The translations under genes and the position numbers were made by a program. The notes below the pieces were generated by a model, which saw nothing but the letters and a program-made list of their open reading frames with translations, was not told where the DNA came from and did no database searches. This document shows positions 10,836 through 21,756 of a stretch of 64,000 nucleotides of DNA, one piece after another. This stretch comes from an uncultured Gammaproteobacteria bacterium (GTDB lineage: Bacteria; Patescibacteriota; Microgenomatia; UBA12405): contig CAYUZS010000004.1 of assembly GCA_964448705.1 (NCBI GenBank), positions 20,105 through 84,104 of the forward strand, in the 5' to 3' direction. The stretch's first letter is position 1. Every line of letters begins with the position of its first letter.

Positions 10836-10988
10836 CTATTTTTCACTTGAAACTGTCAACTTTCTTCGTCCTTTATTCATCCTGCGTTTAATCACATTTC
10901 TGCCGTCTTGTGTTGACATTCTTTTCAGAAATCCGTGAACTTTAGTTCTTTTTCCTTTTTTAGGTTGGAAAGGCATCTTATTTTTCAT
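10836..10988 (-). CDS. rpmH: 50S ribosomal protein L34 (not in ORF track)
   Basis: Hand translation [50 protein letters not shown]; lies between rnpA and dnaA. Confidence 0.95.
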   Translation of the reverse strand: MKNKMPFQPKKGKRTKVHGFLKRMSTQDGRNVIKRRMNKGRRKLTVSSEK

Positions 10989-11073
10989 AAGCACTATTCT
11001 ATCAAATTATTCCCTATTTTTATTAAGAAACTTTCCCTAAAAAACAATTTTTAATTTTTGATCTATTGTTAAT

Positions 11074-11105
11074 TGTGGAAAACTCATCTATAGTCATGTG
11101 GATAA
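11074..11105. promoter_or_regulatory. DnaA boxes upstream of dnaA
   Basis: tgtggaaaa at 11074 and a perfect tgtggataa at 11097. Confidence 0.75.
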
Positions 11106-11203
11106 ACTAAAAAATCATTTTAGCCCCGAATCGATTTTCTGCCTAATTTATCTTATTTTTTAATTAACCATTTAAAGTTAGTCATTAGACATTTCTTTAT
11201 TTT

Positions 11204-12559
11204 ATGGATCTAGATCGTCTTTGGAAAAATACCCAGGAAGAATTAAAAGTCATTCTGGCTTCTTCGGTTTATCAGACTTTTGTCTCTAAGTCACAATTGA
11301 TAGCTTATGACAACAACACGGCCACTATTGCTTGTTCCAGTTCTTATTTTGCTGACATGAATCAAAAGAGATATTATTCCTTTTTTAAAAGTGCCCTTGA
11401 TAATCAAACAAAAACCGATAATTCTCTCTTATTCATCGTTCAGGAACCTCTTAAAAACGAAGAAGATCTGGACAACAACACACCTTTATTTTCCTACAAT
11501 CCCTCCAAAAACATATCTTCGTCTTCTCATCTTCATCCGAAATACACCTTTGATAAATTAATTGTCGGCAATAGTAATAATTTTGCTTTTGCCGCCGCTC
11601 AGGGAATTGTTAAAAATCCAGGTCTTTCTTATAACCCTTTTTTCATTTGGGGTGGGGTAGGGGTTGGAAAAACTCATTTAATGCAGGCTATTGGTCATGA
11701 GCTTATAAAAAACAATTCCTCTTTAAAAATTAAATATTTTCCTGCCGAAACTTTTGGTAACGAATTAATTTCATCCTTAAAATCAAAAACTATCAATCAA
11801 TTCAAAGAAAGATATCGTAATTTAGATTGTATTCTGGTTGACGATATTCAATTTATTGCTGGTAAAGAATATATCCAGGAGGAGTTTTTCCACACATTTA
11901 ATGCTCTGCATATGGCTGGTAAACAGGTAGTTTTAACTTCTGATCGCAAACCTTCTGAAATTAAAGGTTTAGAAGATCGTTTAGTTTCCCGTTTTATGGG
12001 TGGTCTCACTGTCGACATCCAACCTCCGGATTTTGAAATGCGGTCTGCTATTATTTCCCAAAAAGCACAGGAAAAGGGGATTAATATTACTCCGGAAGCT
12101 ATCCAATATTTAGCCGACCATCTTCAATCAAACACCCGGGATATTGAAGGTAAAGTACAGGAAGTTGCTGTTCTCTCTCTTTCTCAACACTATCCGGAAG
12201 TCACTTTGGAATTGGTTGAAAATTATTTTCAACCAAACTCAAATTCATCTTCAGTTTCTACTTTTAATCTTTCAGATAAAATTTCTCCTCGTCATATTAT
12301 TTCGGTTTGTGCCAAACAATTTAATATTAAAACAGGGGATTTATGTGGCAATAGTCGTAAAAAAGAATTGGTTTTTGCCAGACATGTTACTGCCTACCTT
12401 CTTCTTAATGAAATCCGTCTTCCGCTTTCTGAGGTTGGACATTTACTTGGCGGTCGCGATCACACCAGTATTATGCATGCCAGGGATAAAATATCCCAAA
12501 GTATTTCCACTAATCCACAATTACGCTCTCTTATCAACCAAATTAAAACTTCTCTTTAA
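11204..12559 (+). CDS. dnaA: Chromosomal replication initiator DnaA
   Basis: YNPFFIWGGVGVGKTHL, DDIQF, QEEFFHTFN, GGRDHTS. Confidence 0.98.
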   Translation: MDLDRLWKNTQEELKVILASSVYQTFVSKSQLIAYDNNTATIACSSSYFADMNQKRYYSFFKSALDNQTKTDNSLLFIVQEPLKNEEDLDNNTPLFSYNPSKNISSSSHLHPKYTFDKLIVGNSNNFAFAAAQGIVKNPGLSYNPFFIWGGVGVGKTHLMQAIGHELIKNNSSLKIKYFPAETFGNELISSLKSKTINQFKERYRNLDCILVDDIQFIAGKEYIQEEFFHTFNALHMAGKQVVLTSDRKPSEIKGLEDRLVSRFMGGLTVDIQPPDFEMRSAIISQKAQEKGINITPEAIQYLADHLQSNTRDIEGKVQEVAVLSLSQHYPEVTLELVENYFQPNSNSSSVSTFNLSDKISPRHIISVCAKQFNIKTGDLCGNSRKKELVFARHVTAYLLLNEIRLPLSEVGHLLGGRDHTSIMHARDKISQSISTNPQLRSLINQIKTSL

Positions 12560-12909
12560 CCCTCATAAAGACTTATCCACCGTTTTGATTAAGTTATTCA
12601 CCAACTTATCCACCGCACTTTTTCTTTTTTTCCACCGAAGTAAACCCCAACCTCAGACAAGGTTATAAGACATAAACCATCGTTTCTTCACGCTTTTCAA
12701 CATATTATTTATTTTTCACATCAAAATTATTGCTTTCTCGTTACTAAATACCATCTTTTTTGTATTTTCTCCACTTATCCCCGACGCCTATAAACATAAC
12801 TACTGTTCTGTATATACCCTTTTTATTTATCAACGCATTTTTTCCTTAATCCTTATTTTTAATTTTGTTTATAAACTTTATAAACCTCATAAACTTGTTA
12901 AACTTCAAT
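12560..12909. promoter_or_regulatory. DnaA-box cluster / candidate oriC between dnaA and dnaN
   Basis: ttatccacc (12573, 12606), ttattcacc (12594), ttttccacc (12628), further weak boxes, an AT-rich tract and four 9-mer repeats. Confidence 0.65.
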
Positions 12910-14034
12910 ATGAAACTTTCCTTATTACAGGAGAACCTTAGTTCTGCTTTATCATCAGTTTCTCGTTTTGTTTCTTCTAAAGCCCAACTTCCTATCTTAA
13001 ACAATATTCTTTTTATAACTGATTCTGGAAGACTTAAATTATCAGCCACTAATTTAGAATTAGGAATAAATTATTGGTTGGGAGCCAAGATAGATCAGGA
13101 AGGGAGTTTCACAATTCCTGCCAAAGAAATCACTGAGTTTGTTTCATATCTCCCTTCAGGTAAAATCGATCTCCAATTAAATCCTCAATCTCTTTTGGAA
13201 ATTAACTCCGTAAAAGCTCAATCTTCTTTTACCACTGCTGCCGCCGTTGATTTTCCGACATTACCGGTTTTAGATGATAAAACTTCATTGGAAATAGACT
13301 TAAATATTCTCACTCAGGCAATTTCTCAAATTGCTTTTTCCGCCGCCTCTGATGATTCCCGTCCCATTCTTACCGCTATTTTATGTCGATTCACTAAAGA
13401 TTCATTAAGGTTGGTTGCTACTGATGGTGTCCGGCTTTCTTTAAAAGAAATAAAATTAGTTAACCCTATTGTTATCCCGGAAGGTAAAGATGAATTAACT
13501 TTTTTAGTCCCTTCACGAAGTTTAGTTGAAATTCCTAAACTTGCTAAATCTGTTTCTAAACTAAAGTTTGGTTTAAGTACTGATAGTCACCAACTAATTT
13601 TTGTTATGGAAGATTTGGAATTAGTGTCCCGTCTAATTGAAGGTGAATTTCCAAACTATCAAAGAATTATTCCCGAAACCTTTTCCACTGTCATAAGTTT
13701 AGATAAGAATGAATTTATGCAGGCTGTAAAAATTGCCTCTGTTTTTGCCCGTGAATCAGCTAATGTTGTTAAGTTATCAATCAAAAAAACTAATATCGAG
13801 GTTTCGGCTAATGCTTCTCAAATTGGTCAAAATAAAGTTTCTGTTGATGCCAAAATTGAAGGTGATGGTTTAGAAGTTGCTTTTAACTACAAATATATTT
13901 CCGATTTTCTTTCTGTTTGTCAGAGTAATGAAATTATAATCAGGCTAAATGAACCTTTAACCCCCGGTCTTTTTCAGGACAGTGCCGATCCTCATTTCAC
14001 TCACATCATCATGCCTGTCAGAATCCAGGATTAA
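12910..14034 (+). CDS. dnaN: DNA polymerase III beta clamp
   Basis: LSATNLE, VATDG.RL, SRLIEGEFPNY, IMPVR; start moved to the ATG at 12910. Confidence 0.97.
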   Translation: MKLSLLQENLSSALSSVSRFVSSKAQLPILNNILFITDSGRLKLSATNLELGINYWLGAKIDQEGSFTIPAKEITEFVSYLPSGKIDLQLNPQSLLEINSVKAQSSFTTAAAVDFPTLPVLDDKTSLEIDLNILTQAISQIAFSAASDDSRPILTAILCRFTKDSLRLVATDGVRLSLKEIKLVNPIVIPEGKDELTFLVPSRSLVEIPKLAKSVSKLKFGLSTDSHQLIFVMEDLELVSRLIEGEFPNYQRIIPETFSTVISLDKNEFMQAVKIASVFARESANVVKLSIKKTNIEVSANASQIGQNKVSVDAKIEGDGLEVAFNYKYISDFLSVCQSNEIIIRLNEPLTPGLFQDSADPHFTHIIMPVRIQD

Positions 14035-14075
14035 TTCTTTCCTATTACTCTCTTCTTAAAATCAATTTCAATATC

Positions 14076-14480
14076 TTATTCGCTTTCTAAAGTTTCAAAC
14101 TCTAATTTATGTCCTTCTCCTAGCTCACCAAAACCGCTGAGCCAAACATTAATCTCTTTTGTTGCAGATGGTGTTGATGTTCCATCAAGTGTCACGTATA
14201 ACACTTTTGGTGCACTGTATCTTCTTACCACAAAACCATTTCCCGGATAAGGTAATCTGTCCCATAAAGGATATTTCTCTTCATTCACTTGCAGTACTGC
14301 CGGTTCAGTTGCTGTTTTTGTTGGCTCTATTGTCACGGTAGGAATTACATTTTCAACAGTTGGTGTGTATGTTTCAGTATTGTTGTTTTTCCATCCATAT
14401 TTCACTTTAACTACACTTAAAACCACAACTATCAGTGCTAAAAAAAATATAACTCTTAATCTGTATATTTCTTTAATCAT
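14076..14480 (-). CDS. Hypothetical membrane-anchored protein
   Basis: N-terminal TM helix, PT-rich linker; distal gene of the virB4 operon. Confidence 0.65.
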   Translation of the reverse strand: MIKEIYRLRVIFFLALIVVVLSVVKVKYGWKNNNTETYTPTVENVIPTVTIEPTKTATEPAVLQVNEEKYPLWDRLPYPGNGFVVRRYSAPKVLYVTLDGTSTPSATKEINVWLSGFGELGEGHKLEFETLESE

Positions 14481-14884
14481 TGTACTTTCCAGTATTGACT
14501 GGTAATTAAGCCATAACCGCTATCATTTACCCATTTTTCCCAAATTACTTTATTTTCCTGGCTGTTGTTTACAATTTTCACCACGAATTTGTTAGTTTGA
14601 TAATCAAAATCTATCGAAAAATAATCATTTTTAATTGGCACCTTACTTCTTAAAATCTTTATTAATTCAATTTCATTGTATTCATTATCTGTTGGGGATA
14701 TGTAAACAGCACCGGTATCAGAAAAATAACTTTCTGATGTTTTTGTTGGGATTAAAACTTTTTCTGTTTCAATTTCTGCTGTTTTTGTTTTATTACTGCC
14801 GCCATTTAACAATAATGCCCAAACAGCAAATAAAATCACTGTTATACAGACAATAATAAGTATTATATTTTTTTTCGACATCAT
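14477..14884 (-). CDS. Hypothetical membrane-anchored protein
   Basis: N-terminal TM helix; overlaps its neighbour by 4 nt. Confidence 0.65.
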   Translation of the reverse strand: MMSKKNIILIIVCITVILFAVWALLLNGGSNKTKTAEIETEKVLIPTKTSESYFSDTGAVYISPTDNEYNEIELIKILRSKVPIKNDYFSIDFDYQTNKFVVKIVNNSQENKVIWEKWVNDSGYGLITSQYWKVQ

Positions 14885-14885
14885 C

Positions 14886-17800
14886 TTATTTTATAGCGCT
14901 GGCCTCCACCGTCAAACATCCTCTTATATTATGGGCATAGCCGTAAGCTTGTGTTCCATCAAAAGGTGTTCTGATTGGATAATAAGGATCATAAGTTACT
15001 ATTTTTCCATTATTCACTGCTACACCGAGCACAAAATGTCCTCCTAAAGCTAAATTTGAATTTCTGTAATAGTCAGCTAATATCATCACTACTTTTCCTT
15101 CACAAATCCATTTCGCAATCGCTTTTTCATCACAGCCCTGAGTCACTGCGTCATACGCCACTGCTGATGATCCGAACATTTTTGCTAATTCCTGTTTGGC
15201 TTGAAGTAATGAGGATCCTTCTCCGCCCATACTGCTGTAAGCTGACCCTTGCGAGAAAATTATCACCGGTGGTTTCATTTGTCCGTTTTTAATTCTGGCC
15301 ATCATCGAAACACTGGTTGGTCCGCATCCGGCAGAACAGATTGTTCCTCCTCCGTTAAGTGGAGTGCTTCCCCATTCCGGATCACATTGTTTTGTTTCAT
15401 AAGCTTTATCTGAGACGCTGCATTCACCTTCCACTACTACTCCTGTTAATCCCGGAGCATTTGGATCAAAACTAATATTTTGATCTGTTTCTCCGTTTTC
15501 ACAAAGCCAACTATCACCATTTTCATCTACATAAGTATATGTATTATCTCCGCCTGAACTCGAAGAATTACCTATATCTCCACAATTTTGACCACCAGGT
15601 GTCACTTGAATTGAGTCTGGTAATGGTGCGCTGCTAATCCAACTCCATTGCTCTTCAATAAATCCCTTATATTGTCTTGGTGTTACTCCGGCCGGATTCA
15701 ATTTATCAGGATCACAATCTCCGTTTAAGAAATTTGCTGAAAATGCCAACCAATAATCGCCTCCGATTCTTGGATCGTTAATACAGGCACTGGCTGGATT
15801 TAGTTTTAAGAAGGCATTAATCTGTTCGTTGTAATCATTTGGTTTATTAATCGAACTCACTCCGAAGTCATCAACTTCACCGGTGGAATAATTGCTAGCT
15901 CCGGATTCATGTATCCACACCCATAGTGCGTATGTCGGATTTATCCCGGCACACAAAGCTCTGTTAACTGTATCGTTATAGCATTCTTGAGAATAATTTT
16001 TCCCGGTTTTCCATGCATTAGCTTTGCTAATAAAATTTGCTTTATCTACTCCGGCCACTGCATTTTCTGGAGCATTTTGATTACAGTTAATTTGTCCTCC
16101 ATTACTTGTCCCGGTTATTTTGACACAGCTGCCTGTTGTCCCTTTTGGAGCTACTAACGGTGACACTGTCGTCGCCGTTATCATATTTAAACCGATTATT
16201 GCTCCTAATACTGCCGGTACTACCCAGGCAACTATCAATATTGATCCTGCTCCTAAAATTGCCGGTAAACCCAAAAATACCCCAGCCAGTGTTCCTGCCC
16301 AGTGTAAAAATCCGCCAAATCCTTTTCCAAAATTATCCTGGAGCCATACTTTTGTTTTTACTGAACTTAACCCTATACTTTCTGAGAACTTTTCAAAACC
16401 TTTTTTAATTAAACTTCCAGCTTTTTTAATTACCGAAAAACCGAGCATTATTAAAGCCGTTGGTAATCCTCCGACTACTCCTGCCGCCGATAATCCTGCA
16501 GTTGCCGCTCCTTTTGCCGCCGTTGCCGCACCGGCTTTTACCGCCGTCACTGTTCCTTTTGTCGCCAGTTGTCCGATAATGTTTTTGATCCCTCCTTCAA
16601 GTCCCAAGCTGGCGATTTGTGTCGCCATTGCTCCTACCGTTTCTCCGCCAAATTTGGTTGCTAATCGTATTCCAAAATCCTTTAAAGCTTCTATGTGTAA
16701 AATATTGCCTATTTGTGTCGATATTCCTCCGATTGCTGTCGAAATCCTGTCTTGAAATTGAACAATGTTTTGCAATCTTTCCAGAGATTTAACTAATTTT
16801 GGATTTTTACTTAGGATTTTAGCTACAGAACCAAGTTGTCCTAAACTTTTTGATCCTTCAAGTTTTTCCGATATTTTATTGATTCTTTCAATATTTTCAC
16901 TGATTTTAATCGGACTTCTGACCAGATTTTTAATAATTCTTGCTTGCTCTGATACTATTTTGCTTTCAGGATATCCGTTTCTTTTTAAAACACTTTTTTC
17001 TTTATATTGGGATAAGGTTGTAGATTCTTCTTTTTCCGGAAACTGTATTTTTCTTACCAGTGCTGCCATATCTTTGGCTTCTTCTTTTATTACTCCTTTT
17101 TCAATCAATTCATCGTATATTTTTTCTTCTACCTTTTCTGCTCTATACCTATCAATGGCAATAACTTTATTTGTTCTCTCACTGGGAGATCTTTCTTTTT
17201 GTGTGTTTCCTTGAAATTCAACCTCCTTAATCATGGTGTTTTCCACCATAACTTCCCCTTTTTCTATAATTTTCTCAATAGTTGTTTTCTTGTTGTCATC
17301 AATCCCGACTATTTTTTGGATTTTTTGAACTAAACTATCCTCTTTTTCCAGTTCTACTTTTTCACTACTTTTTTCGATTTTTACAGTTGAATCATTGAGT
17401 TTAGTCTCCGGATCATCAAATTTCGCTACTACTCTTTCTTTCACCAATTCACCGATCTGTTTTGTTTTTGTTTCACTGATATTGGTTTCTGTTTTTATTT
17501 GCAGGACAATTTCTTCAGTTATTTGGGAAATTTTTTCCTCTGTATCTACTCTTGACCAGGTGTCATTAGCAATTTTGATTATCTCTTCAGAAGTATTTCT
17601 GTCATTTATTTTTTCTGATTCAATTATTTTTGAAATTTTTACACTGTTTTCTTCGATGGAGTTTTCGGTAAAGGATGTTTCTTTTATTTTTTCAGCTATT
17701 TTTTCAATTGATTCTTTGTTGATTTTGTCTCCGACATTTTGTTGTATTTTTGCCTCTGCAATCAATAGAGTATTAACTCTTTCCGATGCTTCCTTATTGA

Positions 17801-18533
17801 TTGGTTTTTCATTAAGAATCGTTTCTGTTGCAAAAGTAATTTCCTTTATTAAATCGTTGTCTTCGATTTGTGAATTCTTTAATAGCTTATTAACTTTTTC
17901 TCTTTTTGTATTTTTTTCGCCGCCTTCATCCTCAATCTCAACAATTTTTTTAAATATTTTTTCTACCTCTTTCTTGTCAGCTTCTTTGGGTTCTATTTTT
18001 TTAAACCGTTCTTTCAAAACTTCTTCCTTTTTTATCGGTGTTTTGTTTGTTTCTAGTTTTGCTTTTTCTAGTTTTTCCAGCTCAATTTTCCTTTCAATAA
18101 TTCTTTGGATATCTTCAATCCTTACCCGTCTTAAGAGTAGATTATTTTTGATTAATTCCTCCGCTTTAATAATTTCCTTTTCTAAATCATGTTTATCTAA
18201 TTCTTCAAGGAGTGTTTTTAAGTCTTGTTGGTTTAATGCCCGGCTTTCTAATTTTTGACCTTTTATCTCTGCCTCATCAATCTTCTCTTTTATCTCCAAG
18301 TCTTCAATAATTGAACTCAGTTTTACAGATTCTGATTCTAATAATCGGTTATAGATTTCGTTTACATTAAGTGGATTAAATTCATTTACAATTCCTTGTT
18401 CTTCGTACCATTTTCTTATTATTCTGGAGAGATTAGGGTTATCGTTTAAGGTTTTTCCATTCTTTATCAGTTCCTTAAGACTTCCAAACAGCCTTACGTT
18501 TAATTTTTCTAATTCGGCATCTGTTATTTCCAT
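14886..18533 (-). CDS. Large membrane protein: coiled coil, TM region, lysozyme-like domain and C39-like peptidase
   Basis: K/E-rich first ~600 aa; G/A-rich hydrophobic stretch; WIHESG; GCGPTSVSM...GGHFVL...YDP papain-like C-H-D triad. Confidence 0.7.
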   Translation of the reverse strand: MEITDAELEKLNVRLFGSLKELIKNGKTLNDNPNLSRIIRKWYEEQGIVNEFNPLNVNEIYNRLLESESVKLSSIIEDLEIKEKIDEAEIKGQKLESRALNQQDLKTLLEELDKHDLEKEIIKAEELIKNNLLLRRVRIEDIQRIIERKIELEKLEKAKLETNKTPIKKEEVLKERFKKIEPKEADKKEVEKIFKKIVEIEDEGGEKNTKREKVNKLLKNSQIEDNDLIKEITFATETILNEKPINKEASERVNTLLIAEAKIQQNVGDKINKESIEKIAEKIKETSFTENSIEENSVKISKIIESEKINDRNTSEEIIKIANDTWSRVDTEEKISQITEEIVLQIKTETNISETKTKQIGELVKERVVAKFDDPETKLNDSTVKIEKSSEKVELEKEDSLVQKIQKIVGIDDNKKTTIEKIIEKGEVMVENTMIKEVEFQGNTQKERSPSERTNKVIAIDRYRAEKVEEKIYDELIEKGVIKEEAKDMAALVRKIQFPEKEESTTLSQYKEKSVLKRNGYPESKIVSEQARIIKNLVRSPIKISENIERINKISEKLEGSKSLGQLGSVAKILSKNPKLVKSLERLQNIVQFQDRISTAIGGISTQIGNILHIEALKDFGIRLATKFGGETVGAMATQIASLGLEGGIKNIIGQLATKGTVTAVKAGAATAAKGAATAGLSAAGVVGGLPTALIMLGFSVIKKAGSLIKKGFEKFSESIGLSSVKTKVWLQDNFGKGFGGFLHWAGTLAGVFLGLPAILGAGSILIVAWVVPAVLGAIIGLNMITATTVSPLVAPKGTTGSCVKITGTSNGGQINCNQNAPENAVAGVDKANFISKANAWKTGKNYSQECYNDTVNRALCAGINPTYALWVWIHESGASNYSTGEVDDFGVSSINKPNDYNEQINAFLKLNPASACINDPRIGGDYWLAFSANFLNGDCDPDKLNPAGVTPRQYKGFIEEQWSWISSAPLPDSIQVTPGGQNCGDIGNSSSSGGDNTYTYVDENGDSWLCENGETDQNISFDPNAPGLTGVVVEGECSVSDKAYETKQCDPEWGSTPLNGGGTICSAGCGPTSVSMMARIKNGQMKPPVIIFSQGSAYSSMGGEGSSLLQAKQELAKMFGSSAVAYDAVTQGCDEKAIAKWICEGKVVMILADYYRNSNLALGGHFVLGVAVNNGKIVTYDPYYPIRTPFDGTQAYGYAHNIRGCLTVEASAIK

Positions 18534-18555
18534 TTGATTGATTATACCAATCTTA

Positions 18556-21009
18556 CTAGACTATTCCGTTACCGAAAAGCTTGTCGTAATCCATTTTTGT
18601 TTTTTGATTTTCCTCACTTTTATCGGGAACATTTTCAGTTGTCGGTTGAGGACTTTGTGTTTTTTCAAAGACCGGGTTAGTTTTTTTTGATAACTGCGGT
18701 GGCTGTGGTATTTTAACTTCCTCGGTTTTGTTTATAAACAAAGGTTTATTGTTTTGATTATTATTGGACACTGTTTCCACTTTTAATGGTTCAAATTTCG
18801 GTAATGGGGGCAGCTTTCCGCTGTTATTAATAAACAAATCTTTATACTTCGGTAATCCTCCTTGTGGATTGCTGTTTACTTCTGGAATCTTTTGTTTTTC
18901 TAATTCCTCTTTTTGCTGACGTTCGTGTTCCATAATCTTTGCTTTCTCCATTTCTTCCATTTCCGCTATTCGTTTTTGAATATTTGCTTCAGGGCTGGGT
19001 GCCGCTTTCTCTTCCACAATTTCCTCACTTAATTTTAATTCATTTTTAATATTTTCTTCTTCTACCACCTTCTCTTTTTCCGGTGGTTTTGTCTCGATTA
19101 ATGGGGTTTCTTTTATTACTTCCGTTGGTATTTTTTCCTGAGTTTCCTCAATTTTTGGAACATTTACCACCGCTGCCGTTTCAAAAACTTTTTTCTGTTG
19201 TTTCATTTTTAATATTTCTTCCGGATTAGAAGTGATCAGTTTATGTTCATCTTCAGATGCAACTACCCGAATAGCCACGTGATTTTGTCCTGCAAAAAAT
19301 ATTCCCTCACCTTTATCTGCTGCCAATAACAATTGTTTTTCTCCTTCTGATAGATAAAACACTTGTCCGACCTGATCTATGGCTGCACTATGTTGTTTCA
19401 GTAATATTTGAATTGCGCTGTTAGTCACAATTTCTTTTCCGTATGGAGTCTGTAGAAAATCATCTACATCCTGAGTGATTGTTGTTACTCCCAAATAATA
19501 TTTTCTTCCTCTTTTTACAATTCCTCTTAAAAAGGCTGCCGAGTCATCGTATTGCATTAAATACCAAGCTTCATCGACTACCAATATTCTCTTTTTTAAT
19601 TCTTTTTTAACTACTGTCCAAATGTAGTCCAGGATAATATGCATTGCCACAGGTCTCAATGTCTCTTCCAAATTTCTGATTCCGAAAACCACAAATTGAT
19701 TGTTTAAATTCACCGTTGTTTTTTGGTTAAATATTCCCGCAAAAGATCCTTTAATATATTTCTCCAACCTTGCTGCAATTCCGGCTGCTTTTTGATCTTC
19801 CATTCCTATCAATGATTTATATAAATCTTCAATAAGTGGTGGTTCTTTGTTTTGTGTCTCCGGATCGGGAGTTATCCCTTTCATTTTGTAAGCATCAACA
19901 ATCGCTCTGTCTAAAATAGATTCTTCGATTGGATCCATTTCGCCCAGCATTACTTTAAAAAGTTTGTGTAAAGTTAATACTTTGGAATTTAAAGCATTTT
20001 CTCCCTCATCGACCACCAACGATAAATCGAAAGGATTAATTTTCGATTCCTCTCCGTAGCCAAAAGCAATATATTGTCCGCCTACTGCTTCAGCCAAGTC
20101 TTTATATTCGTTTTCCGGATCAATAACTATAATTTCCGTTCCCATCATCAACGATCGTAAAACTTCCAGTTTAATCAAGTATGACTTTCCTGCACCCGCA
20201 GTGGCAAACACCACAGAATTGTAGTTTTGCATGGAAAATCGGTCAAAAATAATCAATGAACCGTTATGTTCATTTATTCCGTACATAATTCCTTTATCAT
20301 CGGATAGGTCAGAGGATACAAATGGGAAAGTCGTCGCTAAAGAAGTTGTGTCCATGTTCCTGGTCAGATTCAACTTGTCTAAACATAAAGGAAGAGTGGT
20401 AATAAAAGCATCTTCTGATTGATAGTTGGTTCTTTTTGTTAACACCATCAACGCCCCCATCGCCGACTCCAGGTTTTTAGTTATTTTGTCAAGATCGTCT
20501 TTTGTATCTGCCGACAAAGTCATATACAGTCCCATTTGAAAAAATCTTTCCTCACCTTTTACTAAATCTGCCTGTAAGTTCAAAGCATCCTCAAGCTTAG
20601 CCTGAGTTGCCGGATTCACAATTCTTCCTCGTTGAATATCAGTTGTTAATTCTGCCTCCATTTCGGTAATTTTTCTTCTTAAATCGTCTAGAATTTCTTT
20701 CCCGTCGGAAGGGTAAATGTACATGGATATAGTTTGAGAAGCATCAAAATTAATCAATGAAGACAGCCAGTTTATTTCCACAAAACGTCTGTTGATCACC
20801 GTAAACATTGTTCTGTAATACTTATTACCGATTTTTATAAAATCTGTATCTACCTCCAAAGCTCCTGGTGCAATAATGTCTTTTGTTGAAACTAAACCTT
20901 CCACAAAATTTCTTTCATTACTTTTTTTATTCTCTTGTGTCGTTGTTGGTGTTTGGTTTTCTGTTTCGACTTTCTTGCCTTGTCCAAACAGCTTTTTAAA
21001 ATCCATCAT
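18556..21009 (-). CDS. VirB4/TraC-like ATPase
   Basis: ATAGAGKS Walker A, IDPENEY, INPFD, VVDEAW, RKY..GVTTITQDVDDF. Confidence 0.92.
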   Translation of the reverse strand: MMDFKKLFGQGKKVETENQTPTTTQENKKSNERNFVEGLVSTKDIIAPGALEVDTDFIKIGNKYYRTMFTVINRRFVEINWLSSLINFDASQTISMYIYPSDGKEILDDLRRKITEMEAELTTDIQRGRIVNPATQAKLEDALNLQADLVKGEERFFQMGLYMTLSADTKDDLDKITKNLESAMGALMVLTKRTNYQSEDAFITTLPLCLDKLNLTRNMDTTSLATTFPFVSSDLSDDKGIMYGINEHNGSLIIFDRFSMQNYNSVVFATAGAGKSYLIKLEVLRSLMMGTEIIVIDPENEYKDLAEAVGGQYIAFGYGEESKINPFDLSLVVDEGENALNSKVLTLHKLFKVMLGEMDPIEESILDRAIVDAYKMKGITPDPETQNKEPPLIEDLYKSLIGMEDQKAAGIAARLEKYIKGSFAGIFNQKTTVNLNNQFVVFGIRNLEETLRPVAMHIILDYIWTVVKKELKKRILVVDEAWYLMQYDDSAAFLRGIVKRGRKYYLGVTTITQDVDDFLQTPYGKEIVTNSAIQILLKQHSAAIDQVGQVFYLSEGEKQLLLAADKGEGIFFAGQNHVAIRVVASEDEHKLITSNPEEILKMKQQKKVFETAAVVNVPKIEETQEKIPTEVIKETPLIETKPPEKEKVVEEENIKNELKLSEEIVEEKAAPSPEANIQKRIAEMEEMEKAKIMEHERQQKEELEKQKIPEVNSNPQGGLPKYKDLFINNSGKLPPLPKFEPLKVETVSNNNQNNKPLFINKTEEVKIPQPPQLSKKTNPVFEKTQSPQPTTENVPDKSEENQKTKMDYDKLFGNGIV

Positions 21010-21734
21010 AGTTTTGCTGTTGAACTTGTATCTTTGGTAGTCACCATTGGAGAGTCATAGTTAAGAGTTTGTATCTTTTGATTAGGTTCAGTATCTTCGT
21101 TGTATATTTTGTAGAACAATTCGATTAATTCTTTAGTGTTTAAAGCTCTGATCTCCAAACCTAGTCTCGAGAATAACCGGCTTAGATGATCTTTTTTGGG
21201 TTCCAAACTGGCTTTTGCTTTTTCCAATATATAATCTTTGGAAAAGGGTAGTTCTTTTACTGTTTTTTGTGGCATAAAAGGTAATCCCCCCAATACTTGT
21301 GAAGACATACTTTTTATTCCAAGTTCTAATACTGAAAACGGAATCACCATATAAAAAGATTTTGAAAGGACATCGTTTCTCTTGACGGTTTCTTCTATAA
21401 ATTTACGATAGAAAGATATTCTGTCTTTAAGCAGGGGATTGCTTTGGTTTTCTTCAAGCTTTCTTAAATTATTTAGATAAATGCTTACATCTTTTGTACT
21501 TGAAGATATTACAATTTGGATAGGAAAATTAAGAGAATTTAATATTCCTCCATAGGCAAAAACTAAAGCACTTTGCTCCCTTTCTGAAAGTAAGTCGAAA
21601 TTTACCGAAGAAATTTGTAAAACAGCCGCACACGATCCGTCTTTTAATATCACTGTTCCGTCGATAATGTCCTCAATCGGCAGATGCTCTTGAGTACTTC
21701 CTTTAATTGCTATTTTTAATGGATCAATTGCCAT
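21006..21734 (-). CDS. TraC/VirB4-associated protein of the CPR T4SS-like cluster
   Basis: STQEHLPIEDI.DG.VILKDG, VNFDLLSEREQ, LNSLNFPIQI; coupled to virB4. Confidence 0.8.
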   Translation of the reverse strand: MAIDPLKIAIKGSTQEHLPIEDIIDGTVILKDGSCAAVLQISSVNFDLLSEREQSALVFAYGGILNSLNFPIQIVISSSTKDVSIYLNNLRKLEENQSNPLLKDRISFYRKFIEETVKRNDVLSKSFYMVIPFSVLELGIKSMSSQVLGGLPFMPQKTVKELPFSKDYILEKAKASLEPKKDHLSRLFSRLGLEIRALNTKELIELFYKIYNEDTEPNQKIQTLNYDSPMVTTKDTSSTAKL

Positions 21735-21756
21735 ACTAATTTAATAATAACCTACT

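Noticed and set aside
16120-18258. Long plus-strand ORFs (211, 149 and 287 aa) and similar shadow ORFs elsewhere
   Set aside because: They are antisense to well-supported genes, S/F/L-rich, and explained by codon bias
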